From: an uncultured Treponema sp.
Lineage (GTDB): Bacteria > Spirochaetota > Spirochaetia > Treponematales > Treponemataceae
Direction of reading: 5' to 3'
DNA: 64,000 nt
NCBI GenBank assembly: GCA_964346805.1
Contig: CAYFWC010000008.1
Span: 1,261 to 65,260, forward strand
In this document: positions 1-9,477 of the stretch, piece by piece
Layout: each line of letters starts with the position of its first letter
How positions within the stretch are numbered: the stretch's first letter is position 1
Notes under the pieces: model-generated
Databases searched by the model: none
Seen by the model: the letters and a program-made list of their open reading frames with translations, nothing else
What the model was told of the DNA's origin: nothing
Program-made: the position numbers and the translations under genes

Positions 1-1355
1 AAGTCATACATTGAAGAGGAGATTTCGGAAAGCTCGTTCAGAGTATTTGCAAATTCGGAACGGTTCTCATTGTTTACAAACTGCCCCTCAAGCAAAAGTG
101 CCTTTAAAGGAGCCTGTGCGGTGTCCTGCACATTAGCGACAAACCAGTATAAAAAACCGCCTGTATTCTCAAAATGAAAAGTTACGCCGCCCCAGATTTT
201 TGCCCACGGACGGTCAGGAAGGAGAGGAACCTTGTCAATACCGAAATTACTCCTAATCTGCGTGTTCAGGAAATTTATCTTTCTCTCTTTCAGCCATCGC
301 TCCCACTGCTGATCAAAGAGACGCTTCCACTGTTCCTTGTATTTTACGAACCAGTCTTCGGCACCGGAAAACTGCTCTGGCTGCCATGTAATATTGTTGT
401 AGACAACCTTGTTTATATAGCGGAGCGGAACTGTGGTTACGAACATATGAATCATGGTCATAAAAAAAGTAACCTTGTCCATGAATTCTTTTGCCCGGGC
501 ATCATCATCTTTCGCGTGGCTGTCAGAAGGAACGACTGTCTTTGACGTGAATAAAAACACAGTCTCCAAAGCCTCAGGCGGAATTGCCTTCCCGTTGCAC
601 AGAATTTTTGCAAAGGCGTCGAGTTCTCCTGAAACAGACTCAAACCTCGCCACCTGACTGTCGCTGATACCGTTTGAAAAGGCTGATATCAGACGCTCAA
701 AGGGAAGCCGCGTAAACTGATACAGCCACTCAACAGAAGACGCCAGACTGTAAAGGAAGGCGCGCTTTTCTCCCGGCAGGCTCTTTATCACCTCATCCAT
801 TCTTCTTACAAGAGAGGCGCGCAGTTCCCCTGTAATCTCCCGGTCAAAAGCAAGGTTGCGGGGATCAACACTTGTATTCATCTCTTTGGTAATCTCAGGG
901 GCGACAAAGTCTCCCAGATAAACATAGAACGCACCGACATTTTCGTAGACAGCCGACAGATAGGGTTTGAGAAAATCCGCCGCCTTTTTCAGTTCGGCAA
1001 GTTTTTCATAAAAGACACTTAGTAAAAGAGCACCCCTGTAATCAATAAGGCCGGGATATTCCCGGTTAATTTTTCTAAACAGAGCCATAATCCTATCACT
1101 ATTGTAAAGTTGCTGAACCGTTGTTGACCCGAAAAGCGCGCGAAACCACAGAATAAAACGGTAAATGACAGACTCATTCTTGAGGCCGTCATCTATTGCA
1201 GTATCATCCGCGCACATTTCCGGACGGCGCGCCGACTCCACGGAACAAGTATCAGGATTTCCCTCATAATGCCGCATTTTATCAAGGAGCTGCTGGCGTT
1301 CATCGGACGATATCTGTGAGACCAATCTTTCAAAAGTATTTTTTTCACTAATCAT
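1..1355 (-). CDS. hypothetical protein; N-terminal ~451 codons are in the window and the stop lies beyond base 1
   Basis: ATG at 1355-1353 (MISEKNTFERLVSQISSDERQQLL...). The reverse frame stays open to base 1, which explains why no complete ORF is listed in the track. No family recognised. Confidence 0.55.
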   Translation of the reverse strand, partial: MISEKNTFERLVSQISSDERQQLLDKMRHYEGNPDTCSVESARRPEMCADDTAIDDGLKNESVIYRFILWFRALFGSTTVQQLYNSDRIMALFRKINREYPGLIDYRGALLLSVFYEKLAELKKAADFLKPYLSAVYENVGAFYVYLGDFVAPEITKEMNTSVDPRNLAFDREITGELRASLVRRMDEVIKSLPGEKRAFLYSLASSVEWLYQFTRLPFERLISAFSNGISDSQVARFESVSGELDAFAKILCNGKAIPPEALETVFLFTSKTVVPSDSHAKDDDARAKEFMDKVTFFMTMIHMFVTTVPLRYINKVVYNNITWQPEQFSGAEDWFVKYKEQWKRLFDQQWERWLKERKINFLNTQIRSNFGIDKVPLLPDRPWAKIWGGVTFHFENTGGFLYWFVANVQDTAQAPLKALLLEGQFVNNENRSEFANTLNELSEISSSMYD

Positions 1356-1363
1356 TGTAATTT

Positions 1364-1392
1364 ATTATACATTCATAAAACAGGAAATTCAA
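1364..1392 (-). promoter_or_regulatory. sigma70-type promoter candidate placed for a leaderless or near-leaderless transcript
   Basis: On the minus strand: TTGAAT (1392-1387), 17-nt spacer, TATAAT (1369-1364), then 8 nt to the ATG at 1355. No SD in between. Confidence 0.45.
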
Positions 1393-1428
1393 GGAAAAAA
1401 AATATGTATAACAAAAGCCGAAAAGTTT

Positions 1429-2286
1429 TTAACGGGCAAGCAGGGCGGTCTCAACCTCCCTGATAATAGAATCCGGCGTGGAAGCTCCCGCTGTAATTCC
1501 AACCGTCTCGGAGTCTCCAAGGGAATCCGGCAAATCCGCCGCCGTCTCGACAAAAAACGAATTTTTGCAGAGAGAGCGGGCCGTCTCAAAAAGGCGGTTT
1601 GAGTTGGCAGATTTTTTTCCGCCCACCACAACTATTGCGTCAACATCGCGGGACAAGTCCCTCAGCGCTTTCTGATGCCCCTGCGTGGCGGGGCAGATTG
1701 TGTCAAAGACCTGCAGGGACGGAATTTTTTTTGACAGAGCGTCCGAGATTTTATGGAATTCTTCCGGTGAAAAAGTTGTTTGGCTGAGAAGAACAGCTGC
1801 AGTAAGCCCGTCAGGAAGACAAAGAGAAGCCGCCTCAGACGCGTTCTGCACCAGAATAAAATTCTCTCCGGCGCTCCCTGCAATAGCGTTTACCTCCGCA
1901 TGTCCCTTGTCACCAGCCAGGATAATTACAAAACCTTTTGAGGAAAACTCAGCGGCACGCCTCTGGCTAAGGGATACACGCGGACATGTCGAGTCAATTA
2001 CAATAGCGCCAGTCTCCTTAATCTTCCGGAGAAGAAGCGGCGGCACTCCGTGAGCGCGTATAATCACAAGGCAGTCAGAATTTAGAGAGGAGATGTTTTT
2101 CTGTTCAAGGATTTCAAGCCCCTCATCCTCCAAAGCCTGCATGGCAGACTGGTTATGGATAAGAGGACCTAAAGAATATATTTTTTTTCCAGAAGCCTGG
2201 TATTGCGCAAGCGCTTTCTCAGCGGAATCCACGGCCCGCCTGACACCGGCACAAAAACCAAGAATCTGAGAGCGTAAGACCTTCAT
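1429..2286 (-). CDS. ispH: 4-hydroxy-3-methylbut-2-enyl diphosphate reductase
   Basis: N-terminal GFCAGVRRAV, plus IHN, RAHGV and the three conserved Cys contexts of LytB/IspH. The track start at 2289 is TTG. The ATG at 2286 overlaps the secF TGA by 1 nt (TGATG). Confidence 0.9.
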   Translation of the reverse strand: MKVLRSQILGFCAGVRRAVDSAEKALAQYQASGKKIYSLGPLIHNQSAMQALEDEGLEILEQKNISSLNSDCLVIIRAHGVPPLLLRKIKETGAIVIDSTCPRVSLSQRRAAEFSSKGFVIILAGDKGHAEVNAIAGSAGENFILVQNASEAASLCLPDGLTAAVLLSQTTFSPEEFHKISDALSKKIPSLQVFDTICPATQGHQKALRDLSRDVDAIVVVGGKKSANSNRLFETARSLCKNSFFVETAADLPDSLGDSETVGITAGASTPDSIIREVETALLAR

Positions 2287-3209
2287 CAACCTGCAACGAC
2301 AGCAGGAGCAGTTTTCTTAGGCTTTGCGTGGTGAATTCCGTATTCCGGCTTCCAGTCGCGTCTGATAAAGGCGATGAATCCAGATGAAATCATAATAGAC
2401 GAATAACAGCCGCTGAGCAAACCTACAGTCATTGCAAGAGCAAAGTCTTTGATTGAGCCTGTCGTAAAGAAGTAAAGGGCAAGCACGGCGAACAAGGTTG
2501 TTACAGTCGTGATAACCGAACGACTGAGAGTGTCGCTCAAAGACTGGTTAATCAAATCCTTGAAAGACTTCACTTCCATAAGAGGAAGGTTGTAGCGAAT
2601 ACGGTCAAGAATAACAACAGTCGCATTGATTGAGTAACCTACAATCGTAAGGACAGCGGCAAGAGTTGTCGTGCTGAATTCCATCTGCGACCAGGTTATG
2701 AATGTGAACATAATGCAGATGTCGTGAATAAGAGCAACGATAGCTCCCTGGGCAAAGTCCCAGTGGAAACGGATTGTCGCATAAACCCAAATGAGTACCA
2801 TTGTGGCAATCAAAAGGAAAAGAGACTGACGCGCCAGAGAGCCGGACATACTTGAACCGATAAAGTCAGTCTTCTGGACAATTACATTAGACTCACCGTA
2901 TTTGTTGATAAGAGCCTGATCGATTTTCTCATTCTCGCTCTCTTCAACACCGGCATGAATCTGATATGTGTTTGCGCCGGCGGCACCGATTTTCTTTACA
3001 GCGACACCGCCTATAGCCGAAAGGCTTGCGCGGACATCCTCAACACCGGCGGCGCCCTTAATGACAACTTCCTCAATAGAACCCGGCTTAAAGTCAATTC
3101 CGAGGTTAAGACCGCGTGTTGCAAGACTGAAAATTCCGCTCGCAATAACCATCGCCGATATAATCCAGCAAACTAAAAAACCTTTGCTAAAACTAATTCT
3201 CTTTTTCAT
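2286..3209 (-). CDS. secF: protein translocase subunit SecF
   Basis: 307-aa polytopic membrane protein with a SecF-type periplasmic loop and C-terminal TM bundle. Immediately follows secD with a 1-nt overlap (TAATG). Confidence 0.9.
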   Translation of the reverse strand: MKKRISFSKGFLVCWIISAMVIASGIFSLATRGLNLGIDFKPGSIEEVVIKGAAGVEDVRASLSAIGGVAVKKIGAAGANTYQIHAGVEESENEKIDQALINKYGESNVIVQKTDFIGSSMSGSLARQSLFLLIATMVLIWVYATIRFHWDFAQGAIVALIHDICIMFTFITWSQMEFSTTTLAAVLTIVGYSINATVVILDRIRYNLPLMEVKSFKDLINQSLSDTLSRSVITTVTTLFAVLALYFFTTGSIKDFALAMTVGLLSGCYSSIMISSGFIAFIRRDWKPEYGIHHAKPKKTAPAVVAG

Positions 3210-5014
3210 TACTTAATTCTCCAACTGATACTGATGCTTTTCCGGTGGAAAGCCTCTGTTCCGACATCAAACATCAGACGGCTTACAAACAGGGCTGTGA
3301 ATACAGACGAAGCGACACCTATTGCAAGGCTGACTGCGAATCCCTGAATAGAACCCGTTCCCAGCTGAGAAAGGAAGAGAGCCGCAATAAATGTTGTTAT
3401 ATTAGAGTCCATGATTGCCCAGAAAGCGCCGTTAAAGCCCGCGTCAATCGCGGCACTGCGGCTCTTGCCCAAAAGCATTTCTTCCTTGATTCTCTCAAAG
3501 ATGATTACATTGGCGTCAACCGCCATACCGACAGTAAGAATCATACCTGCGATTGAAGGCAGTGTAAGGGTCAGGTTGAAGGCTGACAGTACAGAGAATA
3601 GAAGATAAAGGTTCAAAATCTGCGCCACAATCGCATTGAATCCCGATTCCTTATAATAAACAAGCATGAACACGAAAATCAAAATCAAACCTATAGCCAG
3701 AGCCATAAGTCCGTTACGGATCGTAACCTCACCGAGTTCAGCACCGATAACCTGCTGACTTTCCACACTGAGCGGAACCTCAAGCCATGCCGTCTGGAGA
3801 ACCTTCTGAAGATTCTGTGCTTCCTCAAGTCCGAAACCGTCAATGCGGACCTGTCCGCCGCCAATTTTAGTGCGGATTGTAGCCGCACTCTTAATCTTGT
3901 TGTCGGAAATAACAGCAAGACGCTCGCCCACATGCGCTCCGGTAAAGTCCGCAAAAATCGTCGCTCCCTCAGAGTCAAGAGTAAAATTCACTCCGGTCTG
4001 CCCCATCTGGTCTCTGGAAACATCCGCACTCTTTACGAAGCGGCCGTCCAGGGCAACTTCCTTTTTTACGCACATATACTGAAGGAACTCATCGAGTCCG
4101 TAAGCGTCTTTTGTGTAGTATCCGAGAACCTCAACATCATCAGGAATAATGGAAGGATTGATGAGTTTTCCATCCCCGTCAAAAGTTGTGTCAGGACTTG
4201 AGGCATAATACTGAAGAAAGTTATTTGTCGCCGCATCGTCAACAAGACGGAAATTCAAGATTCCCTTACCCATTATGATGGTGTTGACGGCGTCGCTCTG
4301 CTCGGAGCCCGGAATTTCAATGTAAATACGATCCTCGCCCTGCTGGCGGATAACCGGCTCAGTCAGACCGAAACGGTCGATGCGGCTCTTGAGCGTCTCT
4401 ATGGCCTGTTCCATGGCTCGGGTCTTAAAGGCTGCCTCACCGCCGGCCGCCGCGACACCGGCATCCCCCTGAGATTTAAGGGCTGCGTCAAGGTCAGCGC
4501 GGACGATAATATTCATACCGCCGGAAAGGTCAAGACCAAGTTTTACAGAGTTTGTATAGTTATATTTATCCGCAAGAATCTTCTCGCGGTAGCGTTCCTG
4601 GAAAAGATTCACCAGGTGCTGGTGAATTGAAGAAGCAACCATTCTTTTTTCATCATCAGTTTTGGCAATGCGGCCAAGACTGAAAGAAGAAAGAACCGAA
4701 CCCAGCGTAAACTGTGCAGGAAGAGGCTTCTTGAATTCTTTGTAATTCTTTTTCGCTTCTTTTACAAGCCAGGCATTCTCACCGCCTACAGAAGCAGATG
4801 GATCTGCTATTGCGGCGGCTTCCAGGGCCTTTACATCCTTACCGGCCTGCTGCATCGAATAGTCTTTGATTTTTTCAAGCGACATCAAAGCCAGTTTCTG
4901 GTCCGCCTCGCTTGTTCTAAAATACCAGTTGATTGTCGGACGCAAGAACGCCAGACATACTGCAATAACAACAAGAAGAATGACAAAACGCCATCTTTTG
5001 CTTCCCTTTTCCAT
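3209..5014 (-). CDS. secD: protein translocase subunit SecD
   Basis: 601 aa. N-terminal TM helix, large periplasmic domain, C-terminal SecD/SecF TM region (LDLSGGMNIIV..., GIGMAVDANVIIFERIKEE). Confidence 0.9.
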   Translation of the reverse strand: MEKGSKRWRFVILLVVIAVCLAFLRPTINWYFRTSEADQKLALMSLEKIKDYSMQQAGKDVKALEAAAIADPSASVGGENAWLVKEAKKNYKEFKKPLPAQFTLGSVLSSFSLGRIAKTDDEKRMVASSIHQHLVNLFQERYREKILADKYNYTNSVKLGLDLSGGMNIIVRADLDAALKSQGDAGVAAAGGEAAFKTRAMEQAIETLKSRIDRFGLTEPVIRQQGEDRIYIEIPGSEQSDAVNTIIMGKGILNFRLVDDAATNNFLQYYASSPDTTFDGDGKLINPSIIPDDVEVLGYYTKDAYGLDEFLQYMCVKKEVALDGRFVKSADVSRDQMGQTGVNFTLDSEGATIFADFTGAHVGERLAVISDNKIKSAATIRTKIGGGQVRIDGFGLEEAQNLQKVLQTAWLEVPLSVESQQVIGAELGEVTIRNGLMALAIGLILIFVFMLVYYKESGFNAIVAQILNLYLLFSVLSAFNLTLTLPSIAGMILTVGMAVDANVIIFERIKEEMLLGKSRSAAIDAGFNGAFWAIMDSNITTFIAALFLSQLGTGSIQGFAVSLAIGVASSVFTALFVSRLMFDVGTEAFHRKSISISWRIK

Positions 5015-5027
5015 TTATGAGCTCCAA

Positions 5028-5417
5028 TTATTTTTTTTCTTCTTTCTTTTCTGTCTTGTCTGCTTTTTCAGCTTTTTCTTCGGTCTTGGCAGCGGGTTTC
5101 GCAGCCTCCGGGTTTACAACAGAAGCGATTGCAGAGCGGTTGAATTCAAGTTTTGTATTGTCATCAACTTTAAGAACAACAGTTTTTTCTTTTGTTGAAG
5201 TAACCACACCGTGAATTCCGCCGATTGTAACAACCTTGTCACCCTTTTTGAGAGCGGCGAGCATTTTCTCCATTTCCTTCTGCTTTTTGTTCTGCGGACG
5301 GATGAGGAAAAAATAAAATATTCCAATCATCAAAACAACTGTAACGATTAATGACCCTAAACTACCTGTTGTTGATACTGTGCTGGGCGCAGCCTGCAGG
5401 AGTGGTAAACATGACAT
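5028..5417 (-). CDS. yajC: preprotein translocase subunit YajC
   Basis: 129 aa. Single TM helix followed by the FFLIRPQNKKQKE...GDKVVTIGGIHG YajC signature. Sits in the yajC-secD-secF order. Confidence 0.8.
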   Translation of the reverse strand: MSCLPLLQAAPSTVSTTGSLGSLIVTVVLMIGIFYFFLIRPQNKKQKEMEKMLAALKKGDKVVTIGGIHGVVTSTKEKTVVLKVDDNTKLEFNRSAIASVVNPEAAKPAAKTEEKAEKADKTEKKEEKK

Positions 5418-5448
5418 ATAAGCCTTCCTATTTTTTTCTAAAATTAAA

Positions 5449-5522
5449 TGCGGAATAGTGGACTCGAACCACCGACCCCCACGATGTCAACGTGATGCTC
5501 TAACCACCTGAGCTAACTCCGC
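5449..5522 (-). tRNA. tRNA-Val (anticodon GAC)
   Basis: Reverse complement folds as a cloverleaf: acceptor GCGGAGT/ATTCCGC, D arm GCTC..GAGC, anticodon loop TTGACAT, T arm GGTGG-TTCGAGT-CCACT. CCA is not encoded. Confidence 0.85.
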
Positions 5523-5532
5523 GTGTTTTTTT

Positions 5533-5562
5533 ATTCTACCATGGAATTGAATATTTTGTCAA
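5533..5562 (-). promoter_or_regulatory. sigma70-type promoter candidate for tRNA-Val
   Basis: Minus strand: TTGACA (5562-5557), 18-nt spacer ending in TGG, TAGAAT (5538-5533). Lies about 11 nt upstream of the tRNA 5' end. Confidence 0.4.
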
Positions 5563-6312
5563 TCAACTATTAAACCTCTTCAAGAAATTTTTAGTGCGCT
5601 CCTCTTTCGGATTGCTGATTACATCCGCAGGCCCGCCCTGCTCTACTATCACTCCGCCGTCCATAAAAATTATGTAGTCGCTGGTGTCACGGGCAAAAGC
5701 CATTTCATGCGTTACTACGACCATAGTCATCTTTTGGTCGGCAAGCGATTTTATTACGGAAAGAATCTCGCCCGTAAGTTCAGGATCAAGGGCACTTGTA
5801 GGCTCGTCAAAAACCAGCACCTCCGGGTTCAGGGCAAGGGCACGGGCAATAGAGACACGCTGCTGCTGTCCGCCCGAAAGCTCGCACGGATAGGCGTTTT
5901 CCTTCTGGGAAAGATTCATTCTTAAAAGCCATGAGCGAGCCGTCTCGCATGCCTTTTCACGCGTCATCTTCAACACATGCACCAGAGGATCCATGACATT
6001 CTGCAGGACACTGTAATGCGGAAAAAGATTAAAATTCTGGAATACTAGACCGATTTTAAGTCCTGTTTCACGCAGAGACTTTTTGTCGGAATAAACGCCG
6101 TCCTTTACAAGGTCAGAGCCGCATATATTTATTGAGCCCGAATCCACGGTCTCAAGCTGTGTGAGACAGCGGAGAATCGTAGATTTCCCCGATCCGCTGG
6201 GACCGATAATTCCAAGAACCTCCCCCTTCTGCACGGAAAAAGATATGTCCCTGAGAACTTCTGTAGTTCCGAACGACTTTGATATGTGATTTACTGTAAT
6301 AATACTTTCCAT
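5563..6312 (-). CDS. polar amino-acid ABC transporter ATP-binding protein
   Basis: Walker [10 protein letters not shown], signature LSGGQQQRV, Walker [12 protein letters not shown]. GlnQ/HisP-like length of 249 aa. Confidence 0.9.
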   Translation of the reverse strand: MESIITVNHISKSFGTTEVLRDISFSVQKGEVLGIIGPSGSGKSTILRCLTQLETVDSGSINICGSDLVKDGVYSDKKSLRETGLKIGLVFQNFNLFPHYSVLQNVMDPLVHVLKMTREKACETARSWLLRMNLSQKENAYPCELSGGQQQRVSIARALALNPEVLVFDEPTSALDPELTGEILSVIKSLADQKMTMVVVTHEMAFARDTSDYIIFMDGGVIVEQGGPADVISNPKEERTKNFLKRFNS

Positions 6313-6322
6313 GCGGCACCCG

Positions 6323-6958
6323 TTATTTATAATAATTCAATCTTTTCTCTAAGTGGTTGAAGGCCCAGGAAACCAAGCCGTTCATTATAAAATAAAAGGC
6401 TCCTGCCACAAAAAGCGGAACCGTCGAAAAGACGCGGTTGGAGGCTGACTGGGCAACATGAAGAAGTTCAACAACGCCAATAACCTGAACCAGAGCCGTA
6501 TCCTTTACAAGAGTAATGACCTCGTTTCCCATCGCGGGAATAATACGCTTTATCACCTGAGGAACTATAATGCGGAAAAAGGTCTGGCCCCTGCTGTACC
6601 CCAGAACTTTAGCAGCCTCGTACTGTCCGTGCGGAACAGACTCAAAGCCGCCGCGGTATATTTCCGCGAAATAAGCCGCATAGTTTACCGCAAGCGCAAT
6701 GACAGCAGCGATAAAACGGTCAAAGGACCAGCCCCATAAAAGACCCGGTATAAAATATACGCAGATCAACTGGAGCATAAGGGGCGTTCCGCGGATTAAA
6801 AGCAAAAACCATTTTAAGATATTGCGGATAATAAAATTTTTTGCCATTCTTCCGCCGCAGAGAACTACGGCAAGCGGAACAGAGAAAATCAGAGTAAGGA
6901 AGAAAATCCTGACGGAAACAAAAGTTCCGTCAAGCATAGAAATAATCAGTCCCTTCAT
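6323..6958 (-). CDS. polar amino-acid ABC transporter permease
   Basis: 211-aa HisM/GlnP-type permease with the EAA-loop region [22 protein letters not shown]. Overlaps the upstream gene stop (ATGA). Confidence 0.9.
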   Translation of the reverse strand: MKGLIISMLDGTFVSVRIFFLTLIFSVPLAVVLCGGRMAKNFIIRNILKWFLLLIRGTPLMLQLICVYFIPGLLWGWSFDRFIAAVIALAVNYAAYFAEIYRGGFESVPHGQYEAAKVLGYSRGQTFFRIIVPQVIKRIIPAMGNEVITLVKDTALVQVIGVVELLHVAQSASNRVFSTVPLFVAGAFYFIMNGLVSWAFNHLEKRLNYYK

Positions 6959-7758
6959 TTACCGATTACACTGATGTCAGAGCCGAACCACTTGCCGCTG
7001 ATTCTTGCGACAGTGCCGTCGGAGGCCATTTCCTCTAGAGCCTGCTGAACAGCCGCCGTAAGTTTTTTGTCGTTCTTGCGGAAGGCGATTCCGTATTTCT
7101 CAGTGGCAAGAGACTCGTCCATAGTAACAAGCGGCATTCCGCTCTGCTTTATGGCATACTCTGCGACTATTGAATCCATTACAACTCCGTCAACGCCTCC
7201 GATTACGAGGTCATTAAGGGCCATAAGATTCTGCTCGAGAGGAACAATCTGTTTGAGAGACTTTTTAAAGTCGGGCGAATCATTTACAGCGTCTTCCGCT
7301 GAGGAACCGCTCTGGATTGCGACTGATTTTCCGGCGAGGTCAGCGAGTTTTGTATAGCCCGAAGAGTTCTTTACGACAACAACCTGCTTGTTCTCAAGAT
7401 AGGGGGCTGTAAAGCTGAGGGCAGCCTCGCGTTCCGCTGTGATTGTAAGACCGTTCCAGATGCAGTCAATCTTTCCGGTATTGAGTTCCTGCTCCTTTGA
7501 GTCCCAGTTGATGGGCTGAGCCTTGAATTTTACACCGAGACGGGCGGCAACTTCTTTTGCCAGGTCAATGTCAAATCCGACAATCTCGTTGTTCTCGTCG
7601 CGGTAGCCCATCGGAGGGAATGAATCGTCAAGACCGAGAACAAACACACCGCGGTTTTTAAGGGCGGCGAGCGAGTTGTCCTCACCGTTTTTTTTTGCGC
7701 AGGAAGAGAGTGTAATCACAGCGAGAAATGCTGCGGCAACCATAAATATTTTTTTCAT
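6955..7758 (-). CDS. amino-acid ABC transporter substrate-binding lipoprotein (family 3)
   Basis: MKKIFMVAAAFLAVITLSSC lipobox, followed by GFDIDLAKEVA. ATG at 7758 is preceded by GGAGGT. The track ORF extends to 7872 only because a TTG lies inside the upstream repeat. Confidence 0.85.
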   Translation of the reverse strand: MKKIFMVAAAFLAVITLSSCAKKNGEDNSLAALKNRGVFVLGLDDSFPPMGYRDENNEIVGFDIDLAKEVAARLGVKFKAQPINWDSKEQELNTGKIDCIWNGLTITAEREAALSFTAPYLENKQVVVVKNSSGYTKLADLAGKSVAIQSGSSAEDAVNDSPDFKKSLKQIVPLEQNLMALNDLVIGGVDGVVMDSIVAEYAIKQSGMPLVTMDESLATEKYGIAFRKNDKKLTAAVQQALEEMASDGTVARISGKWFGSDISVIGK

Positions 7759-7762
7759 AAAT

Positions 7763-8054
7763 ACCTCCATAAAAACACTTGCAGGAAACCTCAGTTTCCG
7801 AAAAGTGTTTTTAGCGTGCTTCGCAGGAAGCACTGTTGATAGGGAAGTTCGCAACGCGAACTTGCGGCACAAAAGGCGAGCACCATTCTGCGAGCCTTTT
7901 GTGCCACCTCCATAAAAACACTTGCAGGAAACCTCAGTTTCCGAAAAGTGTTTTTAGCGTGCTTCGCAGGAAGCACTGTTGATAGGGAAGTTCGCAACGC
8001 GAACTTGCGGCACAAAAGGCGAGCACCATTCTGCGAGCCTTTTGTGCCACCTCC
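7763..8054. repeat. two identical 143-bp tandem units, each composed of four perfect hairpins
   Basis: Units at 7764-7906 and 7907-8049 are base-for-base identical. The hexamer ACCTCC occurs at 7763, 7906 and 8049. The identical ORF-track peptides MCRKFALRTS... 143 nt apart confirm the period. Confidence 0.9.
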
Positions 8055-8058
8055 CCCT

Positions 8059-9477
8059 TTATTTTTTTGTTCTATTCTTTACTATTTTTTCCAGGTCCTT
8101 TACCTGCTCTTTTACCATCGCAGGCGCGGCACCTCCCTTTGTTGTACGGGCTGCGGCACACGCGGCCGGCGTAATCAAATTGTAAATATCCTCTTCAATG
8201 AGTTTTGAGCAGGAATGGAATTCTTCCATAGACAGGTCCTCAAGCTTTACACCGGCATCAATGGCAATACGCACCGCACGGGCGGAAATTCCATGCGCCT
8301 CGCGGAACGGAACACCTTTTCTTACAAGATAATCCGCGACATCTGTTGCGTTAAGGTAGCCGGACTCACAGCTTTCGGCCATCTTCTTTTTATTGAAAGC
8401 GGCGGACGAAATCATATAAGTAAATACTGTGAGACAATCGCTGACAGTGTCCAAAGCGTCAAACAGAGGAGCCTTGTCTTCCTGCAAGTCGCGGTCGTAG
8501 GCCAACGGAAGCCCCTTCATCATTGTCATAAGGTTAAAGAGATCGCCGTAGACTTTTCCCGTGCGTCCGCGGATAAGTTCCGCAAAGTCGGGATTTTTTT
8601 TCTGCGGCATGATGGAAGAGCCTGTAGACCACTTTTCGCTCAGATTTATAAAACTGAACTCGCTTGTAGCCCACAAAACAATCTCCTCGCAAAAGCGGCT
8701 CAGGTGCATCTGCAAAAGACTGAACGCTCCGGTAAATTCAATGCAGTAATCGCGGTCAGAAACAGAGTCAATCGAGTTCTGTGTAGCTCCGGCAAAGCCA
8801 AGTTTTTTCGCAGTGTAGTCCCTGTCAAGAGGAAGTCCGCTTCCGGCCAGCGCGCCTGAACCAAGTGGACTCAGGCTTATACGGCCGAGGGCATCCTCAA
8901 GACGGGTCCAGTCCCGCTCTAAAGACCATGCCCATGCGCACACATGCTGTCCAAGGGTTACAGGTTGTGCATGCTGCATGTGCGTATAGCCCGGCATGAG
9001 AGTATCAGCGTTCTTTGAGGCAATCCGGGACAGAGCCCCGATAAGTGTCAGAATTTTATTCTGCAGGAGTGGAATAACCCGGCGCAGGTAAATGCGCTCG
9101 TCCAAAGCAATCTGGTCGTTGCGGCTCCGTCCCGTATGAAGTTTTTTTCCGGCCTCACCCACACGATCAGTCAGAGTGGCCTCTATAAAAGAATGTATAT
9201 CCTCGGCTGAATAGTCAATTTTCAGAGCGCCGCTCTCCAAGTCTTTTTTGATGGAAAGAAGTCCGCCCTTTATTTTTGAGAAATCCGCCTTTGAGATAAT
9301 CTTTACGGCGCTGAGCATTTCAGCATGTGCCAGAGACCCTTGAATATCATCCAGAGCCATCCGCTCGTCTACATGAATTGAAGTTTCAAATGCCACGGCC
9401 GCGGCATCAGGCCCTTCCTTAAAACGGCCGCTCCACAGAGCCGAGTGATTGTCTTTTGTTAAAGTCCCGTGTTCCAT
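8059..9477 (-). other. argH: argininosuccinate lyase module with its own SD and ATG inside the long frame
   Basis: 472 aa. Contains ALWSGRF, the GSSIMPQKKNPD signature and the C-terminal ASL domain. GGTGGAG lies 8 nt upstream of the ATG at 9477. Confidence 0.8.

Noticed and set aside
7901-7911. TGGCAC on the minus strand of each 143-bp unit (GGAGGTGGCACAAAAGGCTCGCA) resembles a sigma-54 -24 element, and a sigma-54 activator gene is present in the window.
   Set aside because: The downstream GC dinucleotides lie 8 or 12 nt from the GG, not the required 10. No TTGC -12 box is present. The TGGCAC is simply the 5' arm of the 12-bp hairpin.
7759-8015. ORFs reading through the tandem repeat: the extension of the binding-protein ORF to 7872, and the 74-aa ORF at 7791-8015.
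   Set aside because: Both start at TTG codons inside the repeat and encode identical repeat-derived peptides. The binding protein has a proper lipoprotein signal and SD at ATG 7758.
7763-8054. Possible CRISPR array or mobile element (MITE).
   Set aside because: There are only two directly abutting identical units with no spacers. I saw no terminal inverted repeats flanked by target-site duplications, and no cas or transposase genes in the window.
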